Shown here: one piece after another, positions 14,001 to 64,000 of the stretch
Layout: each line of letters opens with the position of its first letter
Numbering within the stretch: the stretch's first letter is position 1
Source: Phaeosaccion multiseriatum
Lineage: Eukaryota > Protista > Ochrophyta, other classes
Length of the DNA: 64,000 nt
NCBI GenBank assembly: GCA_965112735.1
Contig: OZ218956.1
Span: forward strand, 3,286,001 to 3,350,000
Direction: 5' to 3'
The notes under the pieces: generated by a model
Databases searched by the model: none
What the model saw: the letters and a program-made list of their open reading frames with translations, nothing else
What the model was told of the DNA's origin: nothing
Program-made: the position numbers and the translations under genes

Positions 14001-14414
14001 CTCTGTCCGTTCCTCCTTCCCTTTCCTTTCCCCCTCCCTCCCTCCCTCCCTCCCTCCCTCCCTCCCTCCCTCCCTCCCTCCCTCCCTCCCTCCCTCCCTC
14101 CCTCCCTCCCTCCCTCCCTCCCTCCCTCCCTCCAACCCCCTGTACCCCATGCCATGCAAGCAGTTCTGGCGAGGATTGCCGTCTCCTCCCCTCACCTCGG
14201 CCTGCGAGGGACCGCCTTCTGTGCTCTCTCCCTTATCAGTCGCACCCGAGCGGGTCGACGCAAGCTTGCGAGTGCCGGATGGGAGCCTTCACGCGACCTT
14301 TCCGCTCATGTGTGGGTACCCTCAGACCTTTCTCTCTTATTCCAGGCTCCTGTATGGAGGGCCAGCAGCAGCAGCAGCAGCGGCGGCGGTGGTGGCGGCG
14401 ATGGCGAAGGAGAA

Positions 14415-14446
<32 letters not shown>

Positions 14447-15041
14447 AGGAGGCGGAGGAGGAGCTCCGTCTGATGCTTGTGACAGGGATGCCGCGGCGGC
14501 GGTTATCCCGGGAGAATGGGCTGGCGTAGAGGCTGGAGGAGCAGCACTAGTTGGTGATACAGCAGAAGCAGAAGCAGGAGGAGGAGGAGGAGGAGGAGAG
14601 GGAGAGCAGGAGCAGCAAGGAGAGGCCGTGACGGAAGTTGAATCAGCAGCCGCGCCTGCTTCGGCTGCTCTCCGCGCTGCGGCGGCGGCGGCGGCGGCTG
14701 CCGCTGTACCACCAACTTCTAGTGCTACTGCTGCTGCTGTACCACCAACTGCTGCACCATCTGATGAGGTCATGGCGGAGGGCTCCGCGGAGATACTCGA
14801 ACAAATCTCCAAGCTTCTCTCCCACAGCACTCAAAAGAAGGCCCAGCAAAAGCTCCTGGGGATGAAAAGGGAGCGGAGATTCAAGGGCGCCTTCAGCAGC
14901 CTGCGGCTGTTGCTGCTCGTGCAAGGGCTGACGGCAGTGTACTCCTTCAGTCTGCCCTCCCGACGCTTTATCTGGGCCCTCTTTGACCGAGCGGTCAGCG
15001 GGAAGCGAGCCAAGGCCTGGCTGCCATTCGTGGAAGGATGA
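2104..15041 (+). CDS. RICTOR: RICTOR/Avo3/Pianissimo-like TORC2 subunit, about 3500 aa. Exons approx. 2104-2382, 2695-3714, 3967-4062, 4241-4456, 4761-7087, 7321-7417, 7679-7955, 8225-9475, 9727-13800, 14164-15041
   Basis: GT-AG junctions keep the frame. Recognisable Rictor blocks: DNFRRVCLEALREMSLANTEVVASTGGLKVL, LDLEQLLRGFTD, LRSWTGLFLL, WRRWDWEAICEL, LHLYGELARTKQGCAVL, QAAVWALAHTCST, LGLRGTAFCALSLISRTRAGRRKLASAGW. The start codon is the least certain part. Confidence 0.85.
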
Positions 15042-15063
15042 AACTAGAGATGTAGAGAGAGAT

Positions 15064-15095
<32 letters not shown>

Positions 15096-15980
15096 CGTGG
15101 TGGTCTTGTGCTTCTTTGCTGGGTACTTGCACTCGAGAGGGTCGTAAGAAACAGAAGCAAGGAAGGAATGAAAGGTCCCCAGATAAAAAGGGAGACTACA
15201 GCCAGGTTGGACGAGAGAGTCAAACAAGAGAGCGCGGAAACACCATTCAGACAGGAGAGTGAGAAGCACGAGCAGCGACTCAGAGGCCACAATTCATGCT
15301 GAGCCTCGGCCTCAGACTGGCCCAAGAGCCTAGGGCGAGGAGGCCAGCTTCGGCCGGCCTAGAGCTTCTTCCGGAGCCGACCCTGCTTCAGAGGCTCTAG
15401 CTACAGGGGTGTGCAACAGCGAGCGAAATAGGCCAACAGTATAATGATGGTAGTTTGGTGTGCACCCCCTTAGGTATCCTCACTTCTCCATCCCCACCCC
15501 CTCCCTCCCTCTCTTATGTTGCCATCCTATCCCCTCTCCGAAGACTCCAAGCGGCGGCGACACCCTCAACCCCGTCTTGGCCCTCTCCCCCCTTCGTTTT
15601 TTCGACATGGCTAGTCCTAACTGTTCCCCAGCCGCCTCAGATACTTCTGATCCTTTGGTGACGGGGTTGCTCAAAGCACAGGAAAACACACACACGCACG
15701 CACGCGCGCACACACGCACACACCCGCCCCAGGGGGCGTTGCCTGCCTTCCGTCGTCTATCGCTCCACGCTGACGTATTGTCCTGACACTCGGACTCGCC
15801 TCACTCCGTCAGCGCCGGTGCGCTCTGCCGCGCCCCGTGCCGAGAGAGGACTGATGCTTGCCGGGCACTGTGTTTCCTTCACTCCCGCAGGGCGAGTGAA
15901 GTGTGAAGCGCAGCGCTTAGATACGCGGTCAATCAATCAATCAATCAATCAACGAACCAACCACTCCATCAATCAATCAC

Positions 15981-18900
15981 TTAAGAGGCCACACACAAGC
16001 TGTTCTCGTCGTCGTGGCACTTGGCGTGATTAACTCTGCCCATGCCTCCGTTGTTGGACGCAGTAGAGGACAGCACCGGGGGGCCCATCCCGTTGATCAC
16101 CGACAGGATACCCGGCTTGCCGTTGAGGTGCTTCGTAAAGGGGTTCACAAACTTCATGCTGCTCCTCTTCTTTCCATCGGCTGCCGTGGTGGGGGGGGAA
16201 CTGATGGCCGTCTTGACGAGGCACTCGTGGTCGCGGAAGAAGCTGTACACCCCCACTGCGACTGCTTCATGGCTCTGTGTGTGCGGGTGGACTCTGGTAG
16301 GTGATGGATACAGCGAGAGAGAGAGAGACAGAGAGGGTGGTAGGGGGGGTGGGGAGGGAGGGGAGAGGGAGAGAGGGAGATAGAGGGAGATAGAGAGAGA
16401 GAGAGAGGAAAGGAGAGAAAGAAAGAGAAGAAGGAGAGAAAGAAAGAGAGAGCAAAGTAGAGAAAGAAAGAGAGAGAGGGTAGAGGCAGTACATAGGGAT
16501 ACGGAGAGAGGGACAGAGAGAAGTGGGGTGAGAGAGCTACAACGAGAAAGATCTAGGGAGAGGATGAGTGTGAGGGAGGAAGAACAGGAGAAACGAAGGA
16601 ACAAAGCTAGGAGGAAAACAAATGGGGAGAGAAACAAAGGACTGAAAGACAAGAAAGAGAGGGTGGAAGAAAGTAGCGGACTGAGGAATCCAATCTGCGC
16701 GCACCCCCTCTCGATTTGTAAAGCCCACACCACACTTTCAAGCTGAAACACAACAGCACATGTCTTTTCTCTCTCTTAATGGTACGTATTGCGTAATCTA
16801 ACACTCAGACTCAAACACTAACAAACCTCCTCCTCCTCCTCCTCCTCCTCCTCCTCCTCCTCCTTCTCCTCCTCCTCCTCCCTCCCCCTCCCGCCTCCTC
16901 CCTCCCTCTCCCTCCCTCCTCACCTGTACCCGACGTAGGCCTGATCCCCGAAGCTCTCCTGATCGACATCGTAGGGCAACTCGCTCTGATAAAAGAGCAC
17001 TTTCCCCCTCTCCCCGCTCCACAACAACAGATCCTTGACGGTATGCTCCACAAACAACCCGAGCATGATGACGTCATCTCCCGTCACCTCGAGACCGGTG
17101 TCGCATCGACATTCTCCAAGAGTAACGAGGTGGTACTTCTCTCCTTCTCGGGGCTCCTCACTGCTTGGATGACGGAGGGGTGGGTGAGTGGGTGAGTGGG
17201 TGAGTGGGTGAGTGGGTGAGTGGGTGAGTGGGTGGGTGGGTGGGTGGGTGATGGGTGGGTGGGTGGGTGGTCGCGGGGGGGGAAATGGAAAGGGTGTGCG
17301 AAGTAAAGTAGACCAGTTTTCATCACGAAGTGCTTCTCCCCCCCTTCCCCCTTCCCCCCTCCTTCTCTTGTTTCCATCCTCCCGCACTCACCCTTCCGCC
17401 AGCGCGCTGTGGTCGGCCCTCCAGAGCCACAAGTTATCCCCCACCACGTGACCCGAGTGTATACGCATCATCATATCAACATTCACTCCCCGATCCAGCG
17501 CCGCCCCTCCCACGCGGGCAAAAATGTCGCTCATCACCCCCGGGTTCCTTGCATCCCCAGGGTCGGCACCATCACCACCTCCATCACCACCACCACCGCC
17601 GCCTCTGTCGTCTTGGATAATGCCCTCGGTGCCTTTCTCCTCGCCCCACTCGAGCAGGGTGCTGATGGTGGCCTTGGTATTGCTGCCCCCCTGGTCTGCC
17701 CCCTCTCCATCTGAAACTGTTGAAACGGTAGTAGAGACAGGAACATTGCTGGCCTGTAGCATGAGCCCTGCCACCCTCACCCCGCTCAGACGAGGCAGGA
17801 CCCGCACACATGGGCTGCCATCTGGAGGGGCGGCGATAGAGGCCATACCCAGACCAAGGAGCACTTGATTCGAGTGCTTGAGCGTGAGCGAGTGGTTGAG
17901 CAGATACATACCGGGGCTCAGCACCACATGCAGACCGGCGTCAAGGCTTGCTTGGATGCTCTCTGCCGTATCCGTCGCTGCCTTGGCCACATACACGCTC
18001 TCGAACCCCACCACCCTCCCTCCTCCTCCTCCTCCGAGAATGGGAGAAAAGTCTGGCCCAGCGCTGCCCTCGCGTACGGGAGGGATGTGCAAGTCAAACT
18101 CAACCTCGGCGGCGCCATCACCATCCTCCTTCCCCTTCCCCTTCCCCTTGCCCTCCCGCACCGCAATGAAGGGCTTCTCTGCATGCAGAGGGGTCTGCCG
18201 TATGTTGCTCACTGCACACCCCTGCATGTGGTTGTCCGGGTAGTTGGAGGGGCGCAGCTTGCCAGTGCAGCCTGCAAACACGAGACTCCACGCGCCTCCC
18301 GTCGGTCGGGCTCCGAAGTGTGAGTTGCGCGAGAAGAACTGTTGTTTGTTTGTTTGTGTTGTGTTGTGTTGTGTGTGTGTTTGTGTTGTGTGTGTGTTTG
18401 TTTGTTTGTTTGTTTGTTTGTTTGTTTGTTTGTTTGTTTGTTTGTTTGTTTGTTTGTTGTTTGTCACGCACAATTACAATCGATCGACCGAGGGCCGCGA
18501 CAAGGATGTGGGGGGGGGGGGGTGAGCTAGGCGTACTTAGGACTCGCATCTTGGTGCTGTAGATTTGGATTGGTGGAGGTGGGGTGGAGGTCACAAGGCT
18601 TGCTCAGTTGTCGCATTTTGGTACCACAGATCATAGACAGAGGCCGATGGACAGAGACAAGATAACAGGAAGATAGAGAGGTCCTCCTCCCTCACCTGCT
18701 GCTGGCTGCCAAACTCCGTCCCCTTCTGCACGTGCACGTTAGCCATGAAGCCCCCACTGGCGTACATCCCCTGATCGTGCAGCCGTAGACTGCCACCCAC
18801 CCTCACGTTTCGCATAGGGGCGGCTTGCGACACCGCCCACAGCATGTCCCCCTTCACGCTGAGGTTCTCCACACTCCTCCAGAACGTGTCCAGAGAGCCC

Positions 18901-19612
18901 GCCCCTCCTGGATCTGCGGCAGGGCAGTACACGCCCTTCTCGGAGGTGAAGGTGACGTCGGAGGGAGAGGTGCCGAGACCGAGGGCCTGCGGGGGGGGGG
19001 GGGAAGGGAAACGGAAGGCAGACTAGCAAGCGTCAAAGAAGAAGACCACAGCATGTATATATATATATATGTAAGCACGGGTATGGTACGGTGCTGTACT
19101 ACTCTCTACGGTACCTGCACGTAATATCCCACGCTGACCTCCACCTGCGGTGGGTACTCGCCCGGCAGGAAGGCCAGCAGGACTCGATCATCACTGAAGT
19201 GCCCCGTGTTGGTCTGCAGGTGCGCCGTGGCCGCTTCGATTCGCGCGTTGATCGTGGCGGGGTCGTCGTTGGGGCTGAAGATCAGAACGGACTCCTCCGG
19301 CCATTCGGGGGGGTTGGGCTGAGCCTGGGAAGGTAGAGCTTGCTCCATGCTGAGCTTCCTCTCCCTCTCCTCCTCCTTCTCCTCTTCGCAGATCCCTTGA
19401 GGTAGTTGCTCTGAACCTGCCCTCAATGCCGCAGTATCTACTGCTGCTGCTGCTGCTGCTTCCTCTCCTGCTGCGGCTCGTACACCCTGTTCCTGATCCG
19501 GAACGCCTACTGCTGCACCGATGCTGCTGTAGGAGACGAGTAGTGTGAGCAAGAGGACCAGGGCTTTAATCTTACGAGTGCAAGGGGATGAAAGGCCTTT
19601 CCATCCACCCAT
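15981..19612 (-). CDS. Secreted GH55 exo-beta-1,3-glucanase (laminarinase), bacterial-type. Exons 19612-19115, 18986-18696, 18338-17392, 17160-16924, 16293-15981
   Basis: N-terminal signal peptide. Motifs as in Streptomyces GH55 enzymes: FLPGEY..VGYYVQALGLG, SLDTFWRSVEN, WAVSQAAPMR, ASGGFMAN, GSQQQFFSRN, AEKPFI, DIFARVGG, DNLWLWRADH, GLFVEH, FYQSELPYD, GVYSFF. All four introns are GT-AG and frame-preserving. Confidence 0.85.
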
Positions 19613-20291
19613 CCCTTTCTTTTAGCGCTTTCTTGTTGGGGGGATCGGATGTCAGATCTTTAAGTCAACAAAAAGGTATATGGGGCCGCAGATCTTTCTT
19701 CTTTCCCTCCCTCCCCTTTCCCCCTTCTCCCCTCTCTCCATTTGGTATTTATCTACAGTCGAGCAAAACATATCTGAACGACAACCCACCTACAAAAAAA
19801 GTGAGGAGTAAAGCCCTCCTCCACACCCCTGTACACAGCGTTACACACAACCCGTTACCGCAACCAGTGTGCATGTACACCGCCAAGACACCACACCGAG
19901 CACAAGCGCCTACTCACCTACCCAGGACTCACTCCGAGCCATACCATCAGGCACGCACACCCTCTCTTATCCCCTACATACCCATCCAGGCACACACACC
20001 TCCTCCACCTCTGGTCTCGGTCGAACAGCCCCACCAACAGGTCGAAACAGGACCCCTACAAGTGAATGGCAGCAGCTCCCCAGTCCCACCCCATTCCCTT
20101 GACCAACCAACCAACCAACCAACCAACCAACCAACCAACCAACCAACCAACCAACCAAACCAGTAAGACCAACCAGACCAGCCAACAGAGGATGCGCGTG
20201 GTGCTCAGCCCAGCTTGGAGGCCTTGCCTCCCTTCCACTCATTCCCCTGACTTGGCAGCGACGCACACCTCAGTCACCTTTCCATAGTCAG

Positions 20292-20964
20292 TCACTTGTA
20301 CTCATACACCGATTTGTACTCCGCGTCGGCCACACCCGTGAACTGGTAGCCCTCGCCTCCGCCTACGCCTCCGCCCCCGCTCCCGCCCACCTCCGAGGAA
20401 GAAGAAGTTGAGGCGGAGGTTTCCGCCTTGTCGTACACCGACACATACTCTGCCACCTGATATCCTCCCGCCTGGTACCCGCCGTTGGCCTCAACAGGAT
20501 CCACCCTGTCCTGCTCGGCCAGGCGCTCTTCCGAGAGGAGCTGGAGAGGGGCTTGGTGGGTGGTTTGCACACCTTTCCAGTCGCTCACCGCAGCGTTGTG
20601 GGTGGCCTGGTTCGGAGTGAGGGTGTGACATGGCGTACGAGTATGTGTATGGATGGAGGGGTGGATGGACGTAGTTGAGAGAGGGAGAGGGGCCGGGGGG
20701 GGAGGAAGAGAGAGAGAGAGAGAGAGAGGAGGATGAAGAGGGAGAGGGAGGGAGAGAGAGAGACCGAGACGCACAGAGAGAAGGGGGGCAGGTGAGGGCG
20801 GTGTGAGTGAGAGGCCCAGCACCAACAAGGAATCCTCGCTGTTCAAGAGTACGCATAGTGGAGAAGCCACCACTGGACCGCATGCATCGATGCTATTTGT
20901 ACAAGGCCATCACTTCTCTCGTCTCTCGTCTCTCTCTCTCTCTCTCTCTCTCTCCCTCTCTCTC

Positions 20965-21004
<40 letters not shown>

Positions 21005-22653
21005 CGCACTTTCGACCGACCAGCCGACCAGCCCACCGACCTGAGCGAGTGCGTGCCGCACCTCCCCCTTCCTCTGTTCTGCGAGGTGTGCGTTGGCTGC
21101 CAGCTTGGCCTGGTCCTGAGCGGCGCTCACGGTGGCGTTACGCTGGGCCGGCCTGAGAGTGTCAGCAGAGCAGTGTCAGCAGTGGCGTGAGCAGTGGAGC
21201 GAGGGAGCACAGCGAGGAGCAGGGCGTCGTGGGGGGGAGAAGGAGGGAGGGGGAGGGGGGTTGCAATGCGAGCGAGACACACAGACGAGGTGGTGCGGTT
21301 CCATGGAATGGTTCCCACACACAGAGAGAGAGCGAAAGAGAGGGGGTTGAGAAAGAGAGAGAGAGTGGAGAGAGAAATACACACACACACACACAAAGAG
21401 AGTAAGCGGGAAGGGGCAAAGGCGTGTTCTCTCCCTTCCCCACACGTGTACCATCACGATACCTGTCATGCTCCTGACCCAACCTATACACCTCCAACAA
21501 CGCTTCCCCTCGCTTCTCTCCTCGACCACCGACTCACTCACTCACCCTTGCAGCACGGCCTCTGTTCGGGTATTGGCCATGTGAGCATTAGTGACCGCTG
21601 GGCCCGACAGCACAGCCTCCATCTTAGCGTTGGCCGCCGCGCCTTCCTGCCTCGCCCGCCTCACCCAAGGCCGCTCCAAGCTTTGTCCAGGGGGTGGGAC
21701 GACCTCTCCATGGCCATACATGCCCTTCCCTTCGTCGCCGTCTCCGGGTAGGTAGGCATACCCGCCTTCTACTACCGCCTCACTAAAGGGCACAGGCACG
21801 CCAGTCACGTAGGCTCGCCCTTCCGAGTACAGCTCCTGTTGCTTATGATAGAGCCCTTGCTGCTCTTCCTCCCCCGCCCCCGCCGGTCTTTGCGCCTTCT
21901 CCCTCGCCTTCTCTGCCTCCATGGTCATGGTACCGCTCGCCTCTAATACTGAAGTTTGGCGCTCGTCCTCCACCACGGCGGCCGCGTAAGCTTCACTGGC
22001 ATAGGTGGTGGAGGGGAGAAGAACAGCGACGGGATCGTCCTCGTCCTGCGGGGAGGCAACGACGGGCTGTATGTCAAGCACTGACAACATGTCCTCGATG
22101 GGAGCGGAGGGAGGCACCTCGTCGGGAACGTTCTGTGGCACCTCTTGTCTTTCTTCTCGTTCGGCTTGCATCTTCAACAGCTCCCCGTGCCCTACTCTAT
22201 TGCTCCAGATATTTCTCTCCCCTCCTCCTATATTCTCACGCTCCTGCTCCGCTGCGGAGTGTTGATGTGGAGCGCCCGAAGGAAGAGGGAAAGAGACCAA
22301 GTAAGTGTGGTGGTGCTCTGGATTCACAGATGGCTGACAATAACGGACAAGACCGGGTTTAGAAGGTTGGGCAATCATAATCAGGAGAGCTGCCAGCTGA
22401 GGGATCGGCAGTCCGCATAGAACAGCAGCAACAGAGACCACTAGTCTGCGGCTACAACTTTGGGGAAGTACCGCTGGCGAGAGCTGGAGAGAGTAAGAGC
22501 ATGAGACACAGACCAAAGGTCAGTGTGGTGGTGGATGGAGGGAAGGATGGGAAGAAGGAAGATGCGACGACAGGATGAACCGTGCGCTGGCACTTGCAAT
22601 AGCATGAGGGAAACGCTGGACTTGCTTTCAGCTGCGGAAGTATACTGGCCCAT
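20292..22653 (-). CDS. Unknown acidic protein. Proposed exons 22653-22626, 22251-21546, 21152-21041, 20606-20292
   Basis: Exons 2-4 join in frame through GT-AG introns (AVLQG|PAQRN...HALAQ|ATHNAAV). Repeated C-terminal motif EYVSVYD / EYKSVYE. Exon 1 (MGQYTSAAE) requires a GCAAGT donor and is tentative. Confidence 0.65.
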
Positions 22654-22975
22654 GAACTGCTGCTGCCCTTCAGGGAAGGATTGCCACAAAATTCAGCTCA
22701 AGTCAACCCCAACATCACTGCAATTCCTTCGTACAAGTTGCCTTCCTCCACGTAGGCCCCAAGACTCGTTAGGTGCCGTGCACGTCCACTGCTGCTCGAA
22801 GATCTCGCCTCCATCTTCCCACGCTTCAAACCTGCCCCCCCCCCACTTACTCCCCTCCCTCCCTCTCTCGATCCCGACTCTCTTTCCCCTGCTGGCTCAT
22901 CCCAGCAGAGCCTCCAGGACTAGAAGTTGCAGTGGTTGTACCAGCAGCCGTACTAGCAGCAGCAGCCGTAGCAGC
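22654..22975. promoter_or_regulatory. Divergent intergenic region between the unknown gene (-) and dynein (+)
   Basis: About 320 bp between the proposed start codons at 22653 (-) and 22976 (+). Confidence 0.35.
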
Positions 22976-62976
<40,001 letters not shown>

Positions 62977-63204
62977 TTGTTAACTACCCGTATGTAATCA
63001 GTTAATTGAGTGCTCTTAACAGTCAATAAAGATGAGTCATACTCAGTCAGTGAGAGGGAGAGCGAGAGCGAGAGCTCAACGACTAATTCAATTGATAGAT
63101 GGATTGAATCGCTTATAGAACGAATGGGCTCACTTTGCCTGCCCCGCCTGGTCTTGCCTTGGCCCCTGCCCTTGCTTGCTTGCCCGCCCTTGCGCTTTAG
63201 GGAC

Positions 63205-64000
63205 TCCTCACTCACCCACTCACTCACTCACTCACTCACTCACTCACTCACTCAATCACTCACTCACTCACTCACTCAACCACTCAATCACTCACTCACT
63301 CACTCACTCACTACTTACCCCCTCACTCACTCACTCACTGACTCACTTACCCACTCACACACTCGCTAACTCATGCACTCACTCACTCACTCACTCACTC
63401 ACTCACCACTCACTAACTCACTCACTCACTCACTTACTCACTCACTCAATCACTCACTCACTCAGTCACTTACCCCCTCACTCACTCACTCACTCACTCA
63501 CATACCCACTCACACACTCGCTAACTCATGCACTCACTCACTCACTCACTCACTCACTCACTCACTCACTTACCCACTCATTCACTCACTTACTCACTCA
63601 CTCACTCACTCACTCACTCACTTACCCACTCACACACTCGCTAACTCATGCACTCACTCACTCAGTCACTCACTCACTCACTCACTCACTCACTCACTCA
63701 CTTACCCACTCACTTACCCACTCACACACTCGCTAACTCATCCACTCACTCACTCAATCACACTCACTCACTTACTCACTCATGCACTCACTCACTCACT
63801 CACTCAATCCTCACTCACTCACTCACCCACTCGCTCAATCACTCAATCACTCACTCACTCACTCAATCCTCACTCACTCAATCACTCAATCACCCACTCA
63901 CTCACTCACTCACTCACTCCCTCGCTCCATCCCTCACTCACTCGCTCACTCAATCACTCACTCACTCACTCACTCACTCAATCAATCACTCACTCACTCA
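63205..64000. repeat. (CACT)n degenerate microsatellite running off the window
   Basis: Direct reading. Confidence 0.95.

Noticed and set aside
20790-20910. Extra exon in the unknown minus-strand gene
   Set aside because: Exons 21152-21041 and 20606-20292 already join in frame, and no convincing donor was found.
22523-22975. N-terminal extension of dynein from the ORF track
   Set aside because: Starts at a non-ATG codon and overlaps the divergent gene's first exon. The ATG at 22976 precedes the plausible conserved sequence.

Overview
Eukaryotic, GC-rich, intron-dense genomic DNA, most likely from a flagellated, plastid-bearing stramenopile (ochrophyte); this is inferred from a bipartite plastid-type presequence, an axonemal dynein and a beta-1,3-glucanase. 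I traced the genes exon by exon by eye. The window holds the 3' end of an unknown gene (+), a 2-exon probable plastid/thylakoid membrane protein (-), a ~3500-aa RICTOR/Avo3 homolog inflated by low-complexity tracts (+, 10 exons), a secreted GH55 exo-beta-1,3-glucanase of bacterial type (-, 5 exons), a 4-exon unknown protein with a likely MGxxxS start and GC-AG first intron (-), and a complete ~79-exon inner-arm dynein heavy chain, DNAH10/I1-alpha type (+, 22976-62976). Most ORFs in the supplied track are microsatellite artefacts. The unexplained signal is in the sequence architecture. Non-coding DNA is built from a small vocabulary of microsatellites and 10-13 bp words that are strongly polarised, G-rich form after exons and reverse-complement C-rich form before exons, so introns and exons are bracketed by inverted repeats. 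Many arrays are tandem copies of the 5' splice site. One word, GTATCACCAAC, occurs at least 15 times exactly, on both strands, in introns and inside coding exons in several reading frames. A 145-bp retroposon-like insertion with an 11-bp target-site duplication sits in a dynein intron.
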